Below are positions 20,022-29,219 of a stretch of DNA of 64,000 nt, in pieces. Both the position numbers and the translations under genes were made by a program. Source of the DNA: Candidatus Saccharimonadales bacterium (lineage in GTDB: Bacteria; Patescibacteriota; Saccharimonadia; Saccharimonadales; DATKHC01). Within the stretch, counting starts at the first letter, position 1. The number at the start of each line of letters is the position of its first letter. The stretch spans positions 70,799-134,798 of the forward strand of contig DATKHC010000001.1 of the NCBI GenBank assembly GCA_035510465.1, given 5' to 3'. The notes under the pieces were generated by a model, which was not told the origin of the DNA, did no database searches, and was given only the letters and a program-made list of their open reading frames with translations.

Positions 20022-21056
20022 TCAGTTATTATTACTGTTTCCGAATATTCTTTCCCAACCGGTCCTTAATCTTCTGAGTTTTAGCGCATTAGGTGGTAAG
20101 TCATGGTAAATTATCCCCCATATATAGGCACTTGTTACTTGTTTGTTTCTCTGTATCCGTCTGCGTTGTAATAGTTTCTTCGGCAATAAAAAGACTGATA
20201 CAAAAATACCTTTGGTAGCAAACCAACTTTGGTGTCTTCTTATTGCACTTAGATAAAAACTTAGGTATGCAACATTAAATCTTGGCAATACTTTCCATAG
20301 TTGCGAACCAGGGACATTCTTCAATAATAACCAAGGCAAATTCTTCATTGTTTGATAAGTGGTAAAGCCTTTTATTTTGGTACTTGTTGCTCCTATTCTG
20401 TGATAAGCAATCGATTCGGACACATACTTAACTTTCCAGCCTGACAATTGGGCACGAAAACTTATGTCAACATCCTCATAGTAAGCAAAAAAATCCTCAT
20501 CAAATAACCCAATTTGATTTAGCATACTAACTCTATACAAACTCGCTCCCCCACTTGCTGCAAAAATATCCGTAGATAAGTTTTTAGAGTCATCGACTTT
20601 CTCTCCTCGACTTCTGGGAAATGGTAAGCCCCAAACAGAGTAAAAGTCGCCAGTACTATCAATTCGCTTGCCATCAATATCAATAAATTTGCATGTAGTG
20701 ATACCAACCTTTTCATCGGCGACTATTTGCAACACAAGACACTTCAGCCAATCTTTATCTGCTACCGCGTCATTATTAAGTAGCGCTACGAATTGCGTTC
20801 CTTCGTTAATAGCTTTCCTAATTCCAGAGTTAACACCACCGGCAAAACCGAGGTTTGTTTTGTTAATTACCAAACCCAACTCAGGATATTTCGTTTTTAT
20901 CAACTCCAACGAACCGTCTCTTGAGCCATTCTCAACGATTGTAATACTTGGCTTAAGAGTTTGATTAATTAACGAGTTGATGCACTCAGTAAGATATTGT
21001 TCGCCGTTCCAGTTTGGCACTACAACTGTAACCTTAATGTCGACTAGACTACTCAT
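20022..21056 (-). CDS. glycosyltransferase family 2 (rhamnosyltransferase-like)
   Basis: VTVVVPNWNG...C..SL..QT, LLNNDAV and the acidic YYEDVD motif indicate a GT-A fold GT2. Confidence 0.85.
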   Translation of the reverse strand: MSSLVDIKVTVVVPNWNGEQYLTECINSLINQTLKPSITIVENGSRDGSLELIKTKYPELGLVINKTNLGFAGGVNSGIRKAINEGTQFVALLNNDAVADKDWLKCLVLQIVADEKVGITTCKFIDIDGKRIDSTGDFYSVWGLPFPRSRGEKVDDSKNLSTDIFAASGGASLYRVSMLNQIGLFDEDFFAYYEDVDISFRAQLSGWKVKYVSESIAYHRIGATSTKIKGFTTYQTMKNLPWLLLKNVPGSQLWKVLPRFNVAYLSFYLSAIRRHQSWFATKGIFVSVFLLPKKLLQRRRIQRNKQVTSAYIWGIIYHDLPPNALKLRRLRTGWERIFGNSNNN

Positions 21057-21080
21057 TTAAATTATAATACCCCATATCTA

Positions 21081-21884
21081 ATGATCCGTCGTATCTTATC
21101 TAAGCGAAATAGAGCTTTACTTTCTGAACTTGTTCGAACGGACTTCAAATTAAGATACCAAGGATCGATCTTAGGCTATACATGGTCCCTGCTTCGACCT
21201 CTTTTAATATTTGTAATTCTGTATGTTGTTTTCGTTAAGTTCTTGAAAGTTGGCGCAGGCACTCCACACTACCCTGTTTACTTGCTATTTGGAATTGTAG
21301 TATGGAACTTCTTTGTCGAGATGACTATGCAAAGCTTGGGGTCAATCGTAGGTAGGGGAGATTTAATTAGAAAAATCCGGATACCGCGCTGGATCATAGT
21401 ATTTAGTAGTAGCCTATCAGCAGTTATTAATTTGCTCCTTAACTTAGTAATTATCGGTGTATTTATGGTACTTGGTCATGTTGTTCCATCAAACAAGTTC
21501 ATTTTGGTTCCGTTGCTTTTGGGTGAGGTCTATTTATTTGCTCTAGGAGTATCTTTTTACTTGTCAGCCGCTTTTGTGAAATATAGGGACATTAGTTATA
21601 TTTGGGAAGTTTTATTACAAGCTGGGTTCTACTTAACGCCTATACTTTATCCCCTTTCTAGGATCACAAATATTAATTTTCAAAAAATTATTCTATTAAG
21701 CCCGATGGCTCAAGCTCTTCAAGATGCTCGATACGCTTTAATAACTAAAAAAACCACAATACCAAGTCATGTATTTAATGGAGGTTGGTATCAGTATATA
21801 CCCCTCTTTATTGTTGTATTGGCTCTGCTAATTGGCGTCTTTTACTTTAAGAAAGAATCAAAACAATTCGCGGAGAACATTTAG
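21081..21884 (+). CDS. wzm: ABC-2 type polysaccharide export permease (Wzm/TagG-like)
   Basis: 267 aa with 6 TM helices. The N-terminal LVRTDFKLRYQGSILGYTWSLLRPL matches the ABC2_membrane signature. It sits directly upstream of the ATPase. Confidence 0.85.
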   Translation: MIRRILSKRNRALLSELVRTDFKLRYQGSILGYTWSLLRPLLIFVILYVVFVKFLKVGAGTPHYPVYLLFGIVVWNFFVEMTMQSLGSIVGRGDLIRKIRIPRWIIVFSSSLSAVINLLLNLVIIGVFMVLGHVVPSNKFILVPLLLGEVYLFALGVSFYLSAAFVKYRDISYIWEVLLQAGFYLTPILYPLSRITNINFQKIILLSPMAQALQDARYALITKKTTIPSHVFNGGWYQYIPLFIVVLALLIGVFYFKKESKQFAENI

Positions 21885-21886
21885 TT

Positions 21887-23071
21887 ATGACAGAGAATAT
21901 AGCTATCAAGGTTGAGAATGTTAGCAAAACATTCAAGTTGCCACACGAAAAATATAATTCGATAAAAAGTATACTTATCAATTTCTACAAAAGAAATAAG
22001 TCTTTTGAACTTCAAAAAGCACTTAGCGACATTTCATTTGAAGTTAAAGAGGGAGAATTTTTCGGTATAGTTGGACGAAACGGAAGCGGTAAAAGTACAT
22101 TACTGAAACTGTTAGCCGGTATTTATGCGCCTGACTCTGGAAATATTGATATAAGCGGTAATCTAACTCCCTTTATCGAGCTTGGTGTTGGTTTCAGCCC
22201 AGAACTTACAGGTAGAGAAAATGTATTTTTAAACGGAGCTTTGTTTGGCTTTAATAGAAAAGAAGTAGCTGCAATGTACGATGACATTGTCGAATTTGCT
22301 GAGATCGAACGTTTTATGGATCAAAAGCTAAAGAACTACTCTTCGGGCATGCAAGTACGCTTGGCGTTTTCAATCGCAATTCGCGCACAAAGCGATATTC
22401 TTGTTCTTGACGAGGTCTTGGCTGTTGGTGATATGGATTTTCAACAAAAGTGTTTTGATTATTTTAGTACTCTTAAGAAAGGCCCCCGTACTGTTATATT
22501 GGTTACCCACGATATGGGTGCTGTTCTTAAATTTTGCGACCGAGCAATGTTAATCAACAACGGCAAGATCGTTAAAATCGCTCGTCCCAAAGATATTGCA
22601 GACCATTATATAGAAATGAATTTTGAAAAGAAACAGGCTGATACAACTTCAGCTAAACCAGATACTCAAAAACATAACAAGGCTTATATTAAAAACGTCG
22701 AGATATCTCAAGCAGATAAATTAAAAAATAAATTTGAAACCGGGGAAACATGCGACATCCAGATTAATTTTATAAATCCCCAAGATGAAGCAATCCACCT
22801 TGGACTACAAATTTTCAGCGCAGAAGGTGTTTACTGTTATGGCACGAACACCAAAATTAACGGCGTTGAACCTATTAGAAAATCTGACGGTTCAGCAACT
22901 ATGACTATAAAATTAGATCTTGTTCCAGGTAGATATACCCTAACTGGCGCTACGATGAGTGACGATGGAATAAATGTTTACGACTATAAACCTAATTCTG
23001 CCTCTTTTCTTATAAAAAAGACCAATGAAACAGAGGGTGTTGCTAATTTAAAGAATTCTTGGAGAGTCTGA
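21887..23071 (+). CDS. wzt: polysaccharide ABC exporter ATP-binding protein (Wzt/TagH-like) with about 150-aa C-terminal extension (candidate glycan-terminus-binding domain)
   Basis: Walker A GRNGSGKST, signature YSSGMQVRLAF and Walker B ILVLDEVLAVGD. Residues from about 245 to 394 form an extra beta-rich domain. Confidence 0.9.
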   Translation: MTENIAIKVENVSKTFKLPHEKYNSIKSILINFYKRNKSFELQKALSDISFEVKEGEFFGIVGRNGSGKSTLLKLLAGIYAPDSGNIDISGNLTPFIELGVGFSPELTGRENVFLNGALFGFNRKEVAAMYDDIVEFAEIERFMDQKLKNYSSGMQVRLAFSIAIRAQSDILVLDEVLAVGDMDFQQKCFDYFSTLKKGPRTVILVTHDMGAVLKFCDRAMLINNGKIVKIARPKDIADHYIEMNFEKKQADTTSAKPDTQKHNKAYIKNVEISQADKLKNKFETGETCDIQINFINPQDEAIHLGLQIFSAEGVYCYGTNTKINGVEPIRKSDGSATMTIKLDLVPGRYTLTGATMSDDGINVYDYKPNSASFLIKKTNETEGVANLKNSWRV

Positions 23072-23075
23072 ATAT

Positions 23076-24023
23076 ATGTCTTACTACGCAGATAGCAAAT
23101 ATGTCGATGACCCTAATACACCTTGGTATAAAGCTCTTCAGTTAATACCCGATAAAGGTAAAATTCTTGATGTTGGGTGTAGTAGTGGTAACTTTGGGCA
23201 GATTCTAATCGACAGAAAGAATGCAATTGTAGACGGTATTGAACTTGACAAAAAAGATGCCGAAATTGCACGGAAAAAACTTCGTAAGGTTTTCACTCTC
23301 AATGTAGAAACAGATAGCTTGGATACATTAGATAAAGACTACGACATTATATATTTTGGCGATGTTATTGAACATCTGTTGCATCCTAGTCACGCTTTAA
23401 CTAGAATAAAACCTTTTCTAAAAAAGAATGGTGCAGTTGTGTTTTCAATACCAAACATGGCCCATATAAGCGTTTGCATGATGTTATTAAATGGCTCTTT
23501 TGGTTATGGAGAGACTGGGCTACTCGACAAGACACACCTTCATTATTACGACAAATCTGAGGTTGAAAGAGTATTTGCTCAAGCAAACTATGTTATAGAT
23601 CAGATCGATTGGGCAAGAGGAGATGTACCGGGCGAAATGCTTAAACAAGAACTTAGTAAAATTGGCTTAATCCCAACTAAAAAATTCTACCAAGCAGCCA
23701 AGACTGTTGAGTATTCAGCCTACCAATTTATTGGGCGAGCCATACCTTCAAAAAAAGTAATAGAGTTACCAGCCAGAAAAATTGTAAGTCCACCCATAGA
23801 CAGGTACGAGAAGCACCTGCTATCAGTTAGAAAAGGTTATGAAAAAGGTATTGCGAATCTGCAAAATACAATCGCTAGTTTACAAGCCGAATACCCGAAA
23901 AAAAATAGGGCAGAGAGAAAAGTATTTGAAGATTTAATCAGTAAATATGAAAATTCATTATCTTGGAGAATTACAAAGCCACTGCGAAGCATTAATAAGA
24001 AAATTGGAAAAGCTAAGAAATGA
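23076..24023 (+). CDS. class I SAM-dependent methyltransferase with C-terminal coiled-coil-like tail (WbdD-like chain-terminator candidate)
   Basis: Motif I ILDVGCSSGNFG and motif II/III (IIYFGDVIEHL). The C-terminal 90 aa are heptad-like and charged (IANLQNTIASLQAEY...). Confidence 0.75.
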   Translation: MSYYADSKYVDDPNTPWYKALQLIPDKGKILDVGCSSGNFGQILIDRKNAIVDGIELDKKDAEIARKKLRKVFTLNVETDSLDTLDKDYDIIYFGDVIEHLLHPSHALTRIKPFLKKNGAVVFSIPNMAHISVCMMLLNGSFGYGETGLLDKTHLHYYDKSEVERVFAQANYVIDQIDWARGDVPGEMLKQELSKIGLIPTKKFYQAAKTVEYSAYQFIGRAIPSKKVIELPARKIVSPPIDRYEKHLLSVRKGYEKGIANLQNTIASLQAEYPKKNRAERKVFEDLISKYENSLSWRITKPLRSINKKIGKAKK

Positions 24024-25726
24024 TCAAAAAGTTAGCTAAGAAGATAATGCCGGTTGGTAGTTTTAGAAGAAAGCTAGCAAAAAAAATCCTAGTTAAGCTC
24101 CATTTAAGCTCAGGATTAATTATCGGTTACTATAACACCTGGTCTCAACAACATAGAGAGAGCACACCTTTAGAAATTCTTGAAAATATTCAAAACGGAC
24201 CACTAATATCTATAGTGGTGCCAGCATTTAATACACCTCAGAGGCACTTAGATGCTCTTCTATATTCAATAGTTTCACAAGCATATCCAAATTGGGAGTT
24301 AATTCTCGTAAATGCCTCAGACGACCCTAAGTATAAAAAATTGATTGATGAATGCACGAGCAAGGACACAAGGATCAAATTAATTGATGTTAAAAACGAA
24401 GGTATATCTGAAAATACTAACGTAGGCATCAAGAAGTCTAGTGGATCATATATTGCTTTCGTCGATCATGATGACACTTTGGATCCTTTTGCGCTTTACG
24501 AAGTTGCACTCAGAATCACTAAGGAAGGCGCTGAGTTAATTTATAGTGATGAAGATAAAATTTCAGATGACGGTGAGATTTTCTTTGACCCACATTTCAA
24601 GCCAGACTGGTCACCAGATCTTCTTACTCACGTAAACTATATAAATCATCTAACCGTAATCAAAAAAGAACTACTACTCAAAGTAGGCTTACTAAACCCA
24701 GAACGAGATGGTGCTCAGGATTATGATCTTGTATTAAGAATTACGGATCTAAATCCCGTAATAAGACACGTCTCAAAAACTTTATACCACTGGAGAGCAG
24801 CAACAGGTTCCACGGCATATGATTTTTCGTCAAAAAAGAAAGTTACCGATGTAGCTAAAGTATCTCTCGAAGAACATTTCATGAGACATAATGTAAAAGT
24901 TAAAGTCACTCCTAAAGAAAATAGGCCTGGTTTTTATAGTTTACGATTTAATAAGCCCAGTGAGATTTCGGTGGTTATCACACCTTTTGCAAGCGATGCA
25001 CTTCTTAGACAATTTACCGAATTACTAGTAAAAAGGAGTATGGTTAATAGTGTAAAGATTGAATTAATCCTCCCTGACGGTACTCAACCCCGCTTCGAGT
25101 CAGAGGGACTAAACGTTAAGTCAATTGCGAGTGATGAGCATTTCCTACGTAACGCTATCCAAGTAACGAGCTACCCTATTACGGTAATTATCAATCAAAT
25201 AGTATTACCAATATCCGCAGAGTGGCTGACCCAATTGTGTGGCCCATTAAGCATGGAGCACGTAGGAGCAATAAGTCCGTTAATAGTGAGAGACGGTTCT
25301 ATAATAGAAGACTGCGGAGTGGTTCTAGATTCAACCGGAAAGTTGGTACCCCTGTTCAAGGACGAGCCTGCATTTGGTAACCAAACCTTTTTTGGAAACA
25401 CTGACTGGGTCCGCGACGTTGATACATTGACGGGTGGTGTAACCGTAATTCGCACTGAATACCTCAAGTCTGTTAAAGAAATATCTCACACTATACCAAG
25501 ATTCATTAGCGACATCTGCTCAGACAATAAATTGAACGGCAAATTTAATATGATACTAACTGATGTCGTGTTGGATAACTACTCCATCCGTCTAAAGCCG
25601 TATTTTATTAAAGATACTTTCTTTAATAGTAATTTACTAGTTACAGGAAGAGACTACGAGCCCTATACACCTGAGTCAGCTGCAATTAATATACTGACAA
25701 AAAAATTTGATCGGGAGTTAGTGTGA
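24020..25726 (+). CDS. glycosyltransferase family 2, two-domain
   Basis: ISIVVPAFNT...SI..Q.Y.NWELILVNASDD and FVDHDD (DxD), followed by a second 250-aa domain. 568 aa. Confidence 0.8.
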   Translation: MIKKLAKKIMPVGSFRRKLAKKILVKLHLSSGLIIGYYNTWSQQHRESTPLEILENIQNGPLISIVVPAFNTPQRHLDALLYSIVSQAYPNWELILVNASDDPKYKKLIDECTSKDTRIKLIDVKNEGISENTNVGIKKSSGSYIAFVDHDDTLDPFALYEVALRITKEGAELIYSDEDKISDDGEIFFDPHFKPDWSPDLLTHVNYINHLTVIKKELLLKVGLLNPERDGAQDYDLVLRITDLNPVIRHVSKTLYHWRAATGSTAYDFSSKKKVTDVAKVSLEEHFMRHNVKVKVTPKENRPGFYSLRFNKPSEISVVITPFASDALLRQFTELLVKRSMVNSVKIELILPDGTQPRFESEGLNVKSIASDEHFLRNAIQVTSYPITVIINQIVLPISAEWLTQLCGPLSMEHVGAISPLIVRDGSIIEDCGVVLDSTGKLVPLFKDEPAFGNQTFFGNTDWVRDVDTLTGGVTVIRTEYLKSVKEISHTIPRFISDICSDNKLNGKFNMILTDVVLDNYSIRLKPYFIKDTFFNSNLLVTGRDYEPYTPESAAINILTKKFDRELV

Positions 25727-26742
25727 ATAACGAGCCCTTAGGTGTCTTAAATAAGCCCAAAGACGGCGTGGCTTATATTGTAGTATCTTGGAATAATCAA
25801 ACTATTATTGGGGATTGTCTGAAATCAATTCAATTACAAGATTATAAAAATAAAAAGAAAGTGTTGGTGATTGATAATTCATCTAGCGACAAGACTCTAG
25901 AGTATTTAAAAGATAGTTTCCCAGAGGTTGAAGTTCTTGCCCAAAGCGAAAATTTAGGTTTTGCTAAAGGGAATAATTTAGGCATTGTTAAAGCACTTGA
26001 AGATCCGGATATAGAATACGTAGTGCTTCTGAATACAGACGCCCGGCTTGACAAGAATTGGACAACTACTCTGGTTGAGTCATCTAAACTTCGACCACTA
26101 ACAGCCACTATGCAAAGTATTACGCTTGATTACTATGACCCAAGCATTATTGACTCAACTCACATATATATATCTAGAAATGGACAAGGCACCCAAGGCT
26201 CCTGGAGACAGCCTATAGCCACCAAAGCCGATGTTCCCCCGCAAAAAGTTTTTGGTTGTAATGCGGCGGCAATGTTAATTACGCGTAAGTTTATTGAAGC
26301 TCAGCCTTTTAAAAACTTTCTTGATCAAACAATGTTTATGTATCTAGAAGACGTTGATGTTGCGGCTCGTGCATCCGTTATGGGCTGGGATAACTTCGTT
26401 ATACCTGGAACACGAGCTTATCATATGGGGTCAGTGAGTTCGGCGAAGAAAGATCCTAGCTTCTCAATTTACATGACTTTTAGGAATAACACTGGTTTGT
26501 TAATTAAAAATTTACCCGCTGCGATATTAGTAAGAATTCTCGTAAGCTTACCTAAGGCAGATAGGGCGGCAATAAAACATCTGAAAAGAATCGGTAAGCC
26601 TCAAGCCATACCTGCGTTAATTAAAGGTAGGGTAGTTAGTATTGGATTTATTCCAATCTTTTTATGGAAGAGACACCAGCTTAAAAATTACAGAAAAGTT
26701 AACAAATACTATCTTTGGCAGTTAATGCGCCGCGGCTATTAA
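25723..26742 (+). CDS. glycosyltransferase family 2
   Basis: AYIVVSWNN...C..S...Q, VIDNSSSD, LLNTDA and YLEDVD. Confidence 0.85.
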   Translation: MNNEPLGVLNKPKDGVAYIVVSWNNQTIIGDCLKSIQLQDYKNKKKVLVIDNSSSDKTLEYLKDSFPEVEVLAQSENLGFAKGNNLGIVKALEDPDIEYVVLLNTDARLDKNWTTTLVESSKLRPLTATMQSITLDYYDPSIIDSTHIYISRNGQGTQGSWRQPIATKADVPPQKVFGCNAAAMLITRKFIEAQPFKNFLDQTMFMYLEDVDVAARASVMGWDNFVIPGTRAYHMGSVSSAKKDPSFSIYMTFRNNTGLLIKNLPAAILVRILVSLPKADRAAIKHLKRIGKPQAIPALIKGRVVSIGFIPIFLWKRHQLKNYRKVNKYYLWQLMRRGY

Positions 26743-28400
26743 TTACTAAACTCTCCGACGTTGGTAACAAAATCATTTGCAAAACTCTGATAACCTGGAT
26801 TCCACACATGGATTTCAACATTACCTGAGCCGCTGCCGTCAAGAAGAGCATAGATAAGGTAAGCTTTGCCATTAGTATTAATATTTGCCCCCAAGACTTG
26901 GCCTATATTTGGCGGATTCTCAGACACATTAGTAACGTAATCATTCATAAAACTTTGGAAGCCCGGTTTCCATATATGGAGTTCGAGCTTACCGCTGCCG
27001 GTATCTTGGTAAATAACGTAAATGAAACTATTGGCTCCTCCTCCGTTAAGATTAGCCGCTATTACTTGTCCGGTCGTAGGAGGATTCTCAGCTACATTGG
27101 TTACATAATCATTTAAGAAACCAGTGAAGTTAGAATTCCACACGTGGATTTCGATATTACCAGATCCAGTATCTTGATACTTAACATAAGCCAGTTCGTC
27201 CTCTCCGTTACCGTAAAAGTCTCCAGCAATAACTTGGCCCTGGGACGGAGGAGCGCTAGGTAAATCAGTTACATAGTCGTTATCAAAAGTTTGGTAATTA
27301 GGATCCCATACATGAATCTCGATATTTCCACTAGCAGTATTAGTGTAGTTGACATAAATTAACTTATTTTGCCCGCTACCATTTAAGTCTGCGCTAATCA
27401 TTTGACCATCGGCCGGGTTAAAGACAGGCAAGTTAGTCGCATAATTATTTATAAGACTATTGAAGCTAGAATTCCATATATGTACTTCTGCACAAGTTGA
27501 GCCAGTGTTATTTGCAATAGTTAGAGCTAAGTTGTCTGGTTGAGTCCCGCTGAGCTGGTCTGGAACTACTGATGCACCACTTGGGTCAGATAAATTACTT
27601 GTGGTAGTGCAGGGGCCATACACTGTCCCAAACCACTCTTCAAAGTACACTACAAAGTTATAGCTACCGGAGTAACCTGTTAGAGAATAAGGACCTACGT
27701 AGGGAGTATAACAATACAAAGCTGCAGTAGAAGCATCGGCTAGTGTGATGGTTTCTGCAGTACCTCCTGGGTCAGCGAAAGTAACAGTTCTGCCTGGGTA
27801 TAGTCCTGTAGAGTATAGACTAGATCCATTAGCACAAACATACTGGGAAGGCGAGTGACCCCACCAACCCTGACCATTCATCAATTGAATATACGTTCTC
27901 AGCTGCCAAGTTCCATTATCTACTTGATTAAAAAAACCTACATACCCGCCGCAAGAATTGTATCCCATAGCACAATTTATTTGACTTTGGGTGGGGTCTG
28001 GGGTTGTTACTAAAGACTGCTCTTTTTCTAGAGTCGCAAGAATAACTCTAGGACTAATGCCGTATGCTTGACTAGCCTCATATATAATTTGGGCTGCTGA
28101 GACTGAAGCTCCGCAATTATTATAGTAAGAAGCTGAATATGGATCCGGCGCAGTTGGCGTAGTGGGATTACAATTTATCACGTCGGAATAATTAGCCAAT
28201 CCGCTACCCTCGCTTACAAGAAAGCTTTGTATACTTGCTGTGCTCATGACTGTTGTATTATCAAAAATTGAGTCGCTAATTAAATAATTAGGGTTGTAGG
28301 GTTCAGCATGTACTTTCGGAGTATTAAAGAGTAGAACAGCTAACATTACTGCTAGACCAGTAAAAATCGTGGGACATAAAAATCGTAGCTGCTTTCTCAT
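26739..28400 (-). CDS. secreted protein: N-terminal Cys-rich domain plus C-terminal FG-GAP/propeller-like repeats
   Basis: Signal peptide ending VHA-EP. Four exact 56-aa periods plus a partial one carry (E)(I/V/L)H(V/I)W..., NDYVTN and a D/N-x-N/Y-G-x-G Ca-loop-like motif (GDFYGNGEDEL). Confidence 0.6.
   Translation of the reverse strand: MRKQLRFLCPTIFTGLAVMLAVLLFNTPKVHAEPYNPNYLISDSIFDNTTVMSTASIQSFLVSEGSGLANYSDVINCNPTTPTAPDPYSASYYNNCGASVSAAQIIYEASQAYGISPRVILATLEKEQSLVTTPDPTQSQINCAMGYNSCGGYVGFFNQVDNGTWQLRTYIQLMNGQGWWGHSPSQYVCANGSSLYSTGLYPGRTVTFADPGGTAETITLADASTAALYCYTPYVGPYSLTGYSGSYNFVVYFEEWFGTVYGPCTTTSNLSDPSGASVVPDQLSGTQPDNLALTIANNTGSTCAEVHIWNSSFNSLINNYATNLPVFNPADGQMISADLNGSGQNKLIYVNYTNTASGNIEIHVWDPNYQTFDNDYVTDLPSAPPSQGQVIAGDFYGNGEDELAYVKYQDTGSGNIEIHVWNSNFTGFLNDYVTNVAENPPTTGQVIAANLNGGGANSFIYVIYQDTGSGKLELHIWKPGFQSFMNDYVTNVSENPPNIGQVLGANINTNGKAYLIYALLDGSGSGNVEIHVWNPGYQSFANDFVTNVGEFSN
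26742..27488 (-). repeat. intragenic tandem repeat, 168-nt (56-aa) period, about 4.5 copies
   Basis: The repeat units begin EVHIW, EIHVW, EIHVW, ELHIW and EIHVW, spaced exactly 56 aa apart. Nucleotide-level similarity is visible, for example ttccacacatggatttc / ttccacacgtggatttc. Confidence 0.8.
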
Positions 28401-28402
28401 TT

Positions 28403-28993
28403 TTAAAAGTTTACAGATATCTGCACCTGGTTATATTCAACCCCTAAAGAGTTTGTACTATATACATCTAGTCTTCCACTGCTTGCCTTAGGCATGAATT
28501 GTAGAGTCCCGGAAAAATTTCCATTAATAACATTGAGTGTTCCTTGTGCTATTACTCCAACATCATTGTCGATAAGAGTGAAACTGACTTGACTAACTGT
28601 TGCTGAACCACTTAAAACATCACCAGTTTGCAATGTACCGTTGGCAATAGGTTGCTTAACAGTTATTGCCCCAGATTGGGATGTTGTCCACTGAGAAGGA
28701 CTGGTCTCCGCACCTGCCTGTCCATTAGTATCAATTGCTCCACCCCCAGGAGAGCTGTTAGTGCTAGTAGAAATTTTTTGGTTAGTCGTTGGTTGAGTTC
28801 CCGATACATCTGCATTGGGGGCTGGTGTCGGTGTACCTACTTTAACTATAGCCTTTGATGGTGGCAGCGATTTACTAAAAAAATGTGTAGTGCGCGTGAG
28901 CTGTAAGACTACAAAAACCAATACTAAGATTACTAACGCAGCGATAGTCTTAAGCAATTTTTTAGATTTATGACGAGTTTTTGATTTAGCCAT
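28403..28993 (-). CDS. hypothetical membrane-anchored or secreted protein with Ser/Thr/Pro-rich linker and beta-rich C-terminal domain
   Basis: 196 aa. Basic N-terminus plus TM (IAALVILVLVFVVLQL). It lies 2 nt upstream of the FG-GAP gene and is probably co-transcribed. Confidence 0.5.
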   Translation of the reverse strand: MAKSKTRHKSKKLLKTIAALVILVLVFVVLQLTRTTHFFSKSLPPSKAIVKVGTPTPAPNADVSGTQPTTNQKISTSTNSSPGGGAIDTNGQAGAETSPSQWTTSQSGAITVKQPIANGTLQTGDVLSGSATVSQVSFTLIDNDVGVIAQGTLNVINGNFSGTLQFMPKASSGRLDVYSTNSLGVEYNQVQISVNF

Positions 28994-29219
28994 TCTTATG
29001 TACTATTTTAACTATCCGTTTTTATTTGAGATTTCTTTTATAACGTAATCTATCAATTATGTTTATAAACCTAGTGCTTGTCAAGGAAAGACTCTCTATT
29101 AACAAGAAGTAATTGAATCTTTTTCTAAGCAAATTTTGCCAAACATTTACAGTAACTTGATATGCTGAATATTTTAGGTGCTAGAATATACCTTAATGGT
29201 AACGACTGACAAGGGTCGA

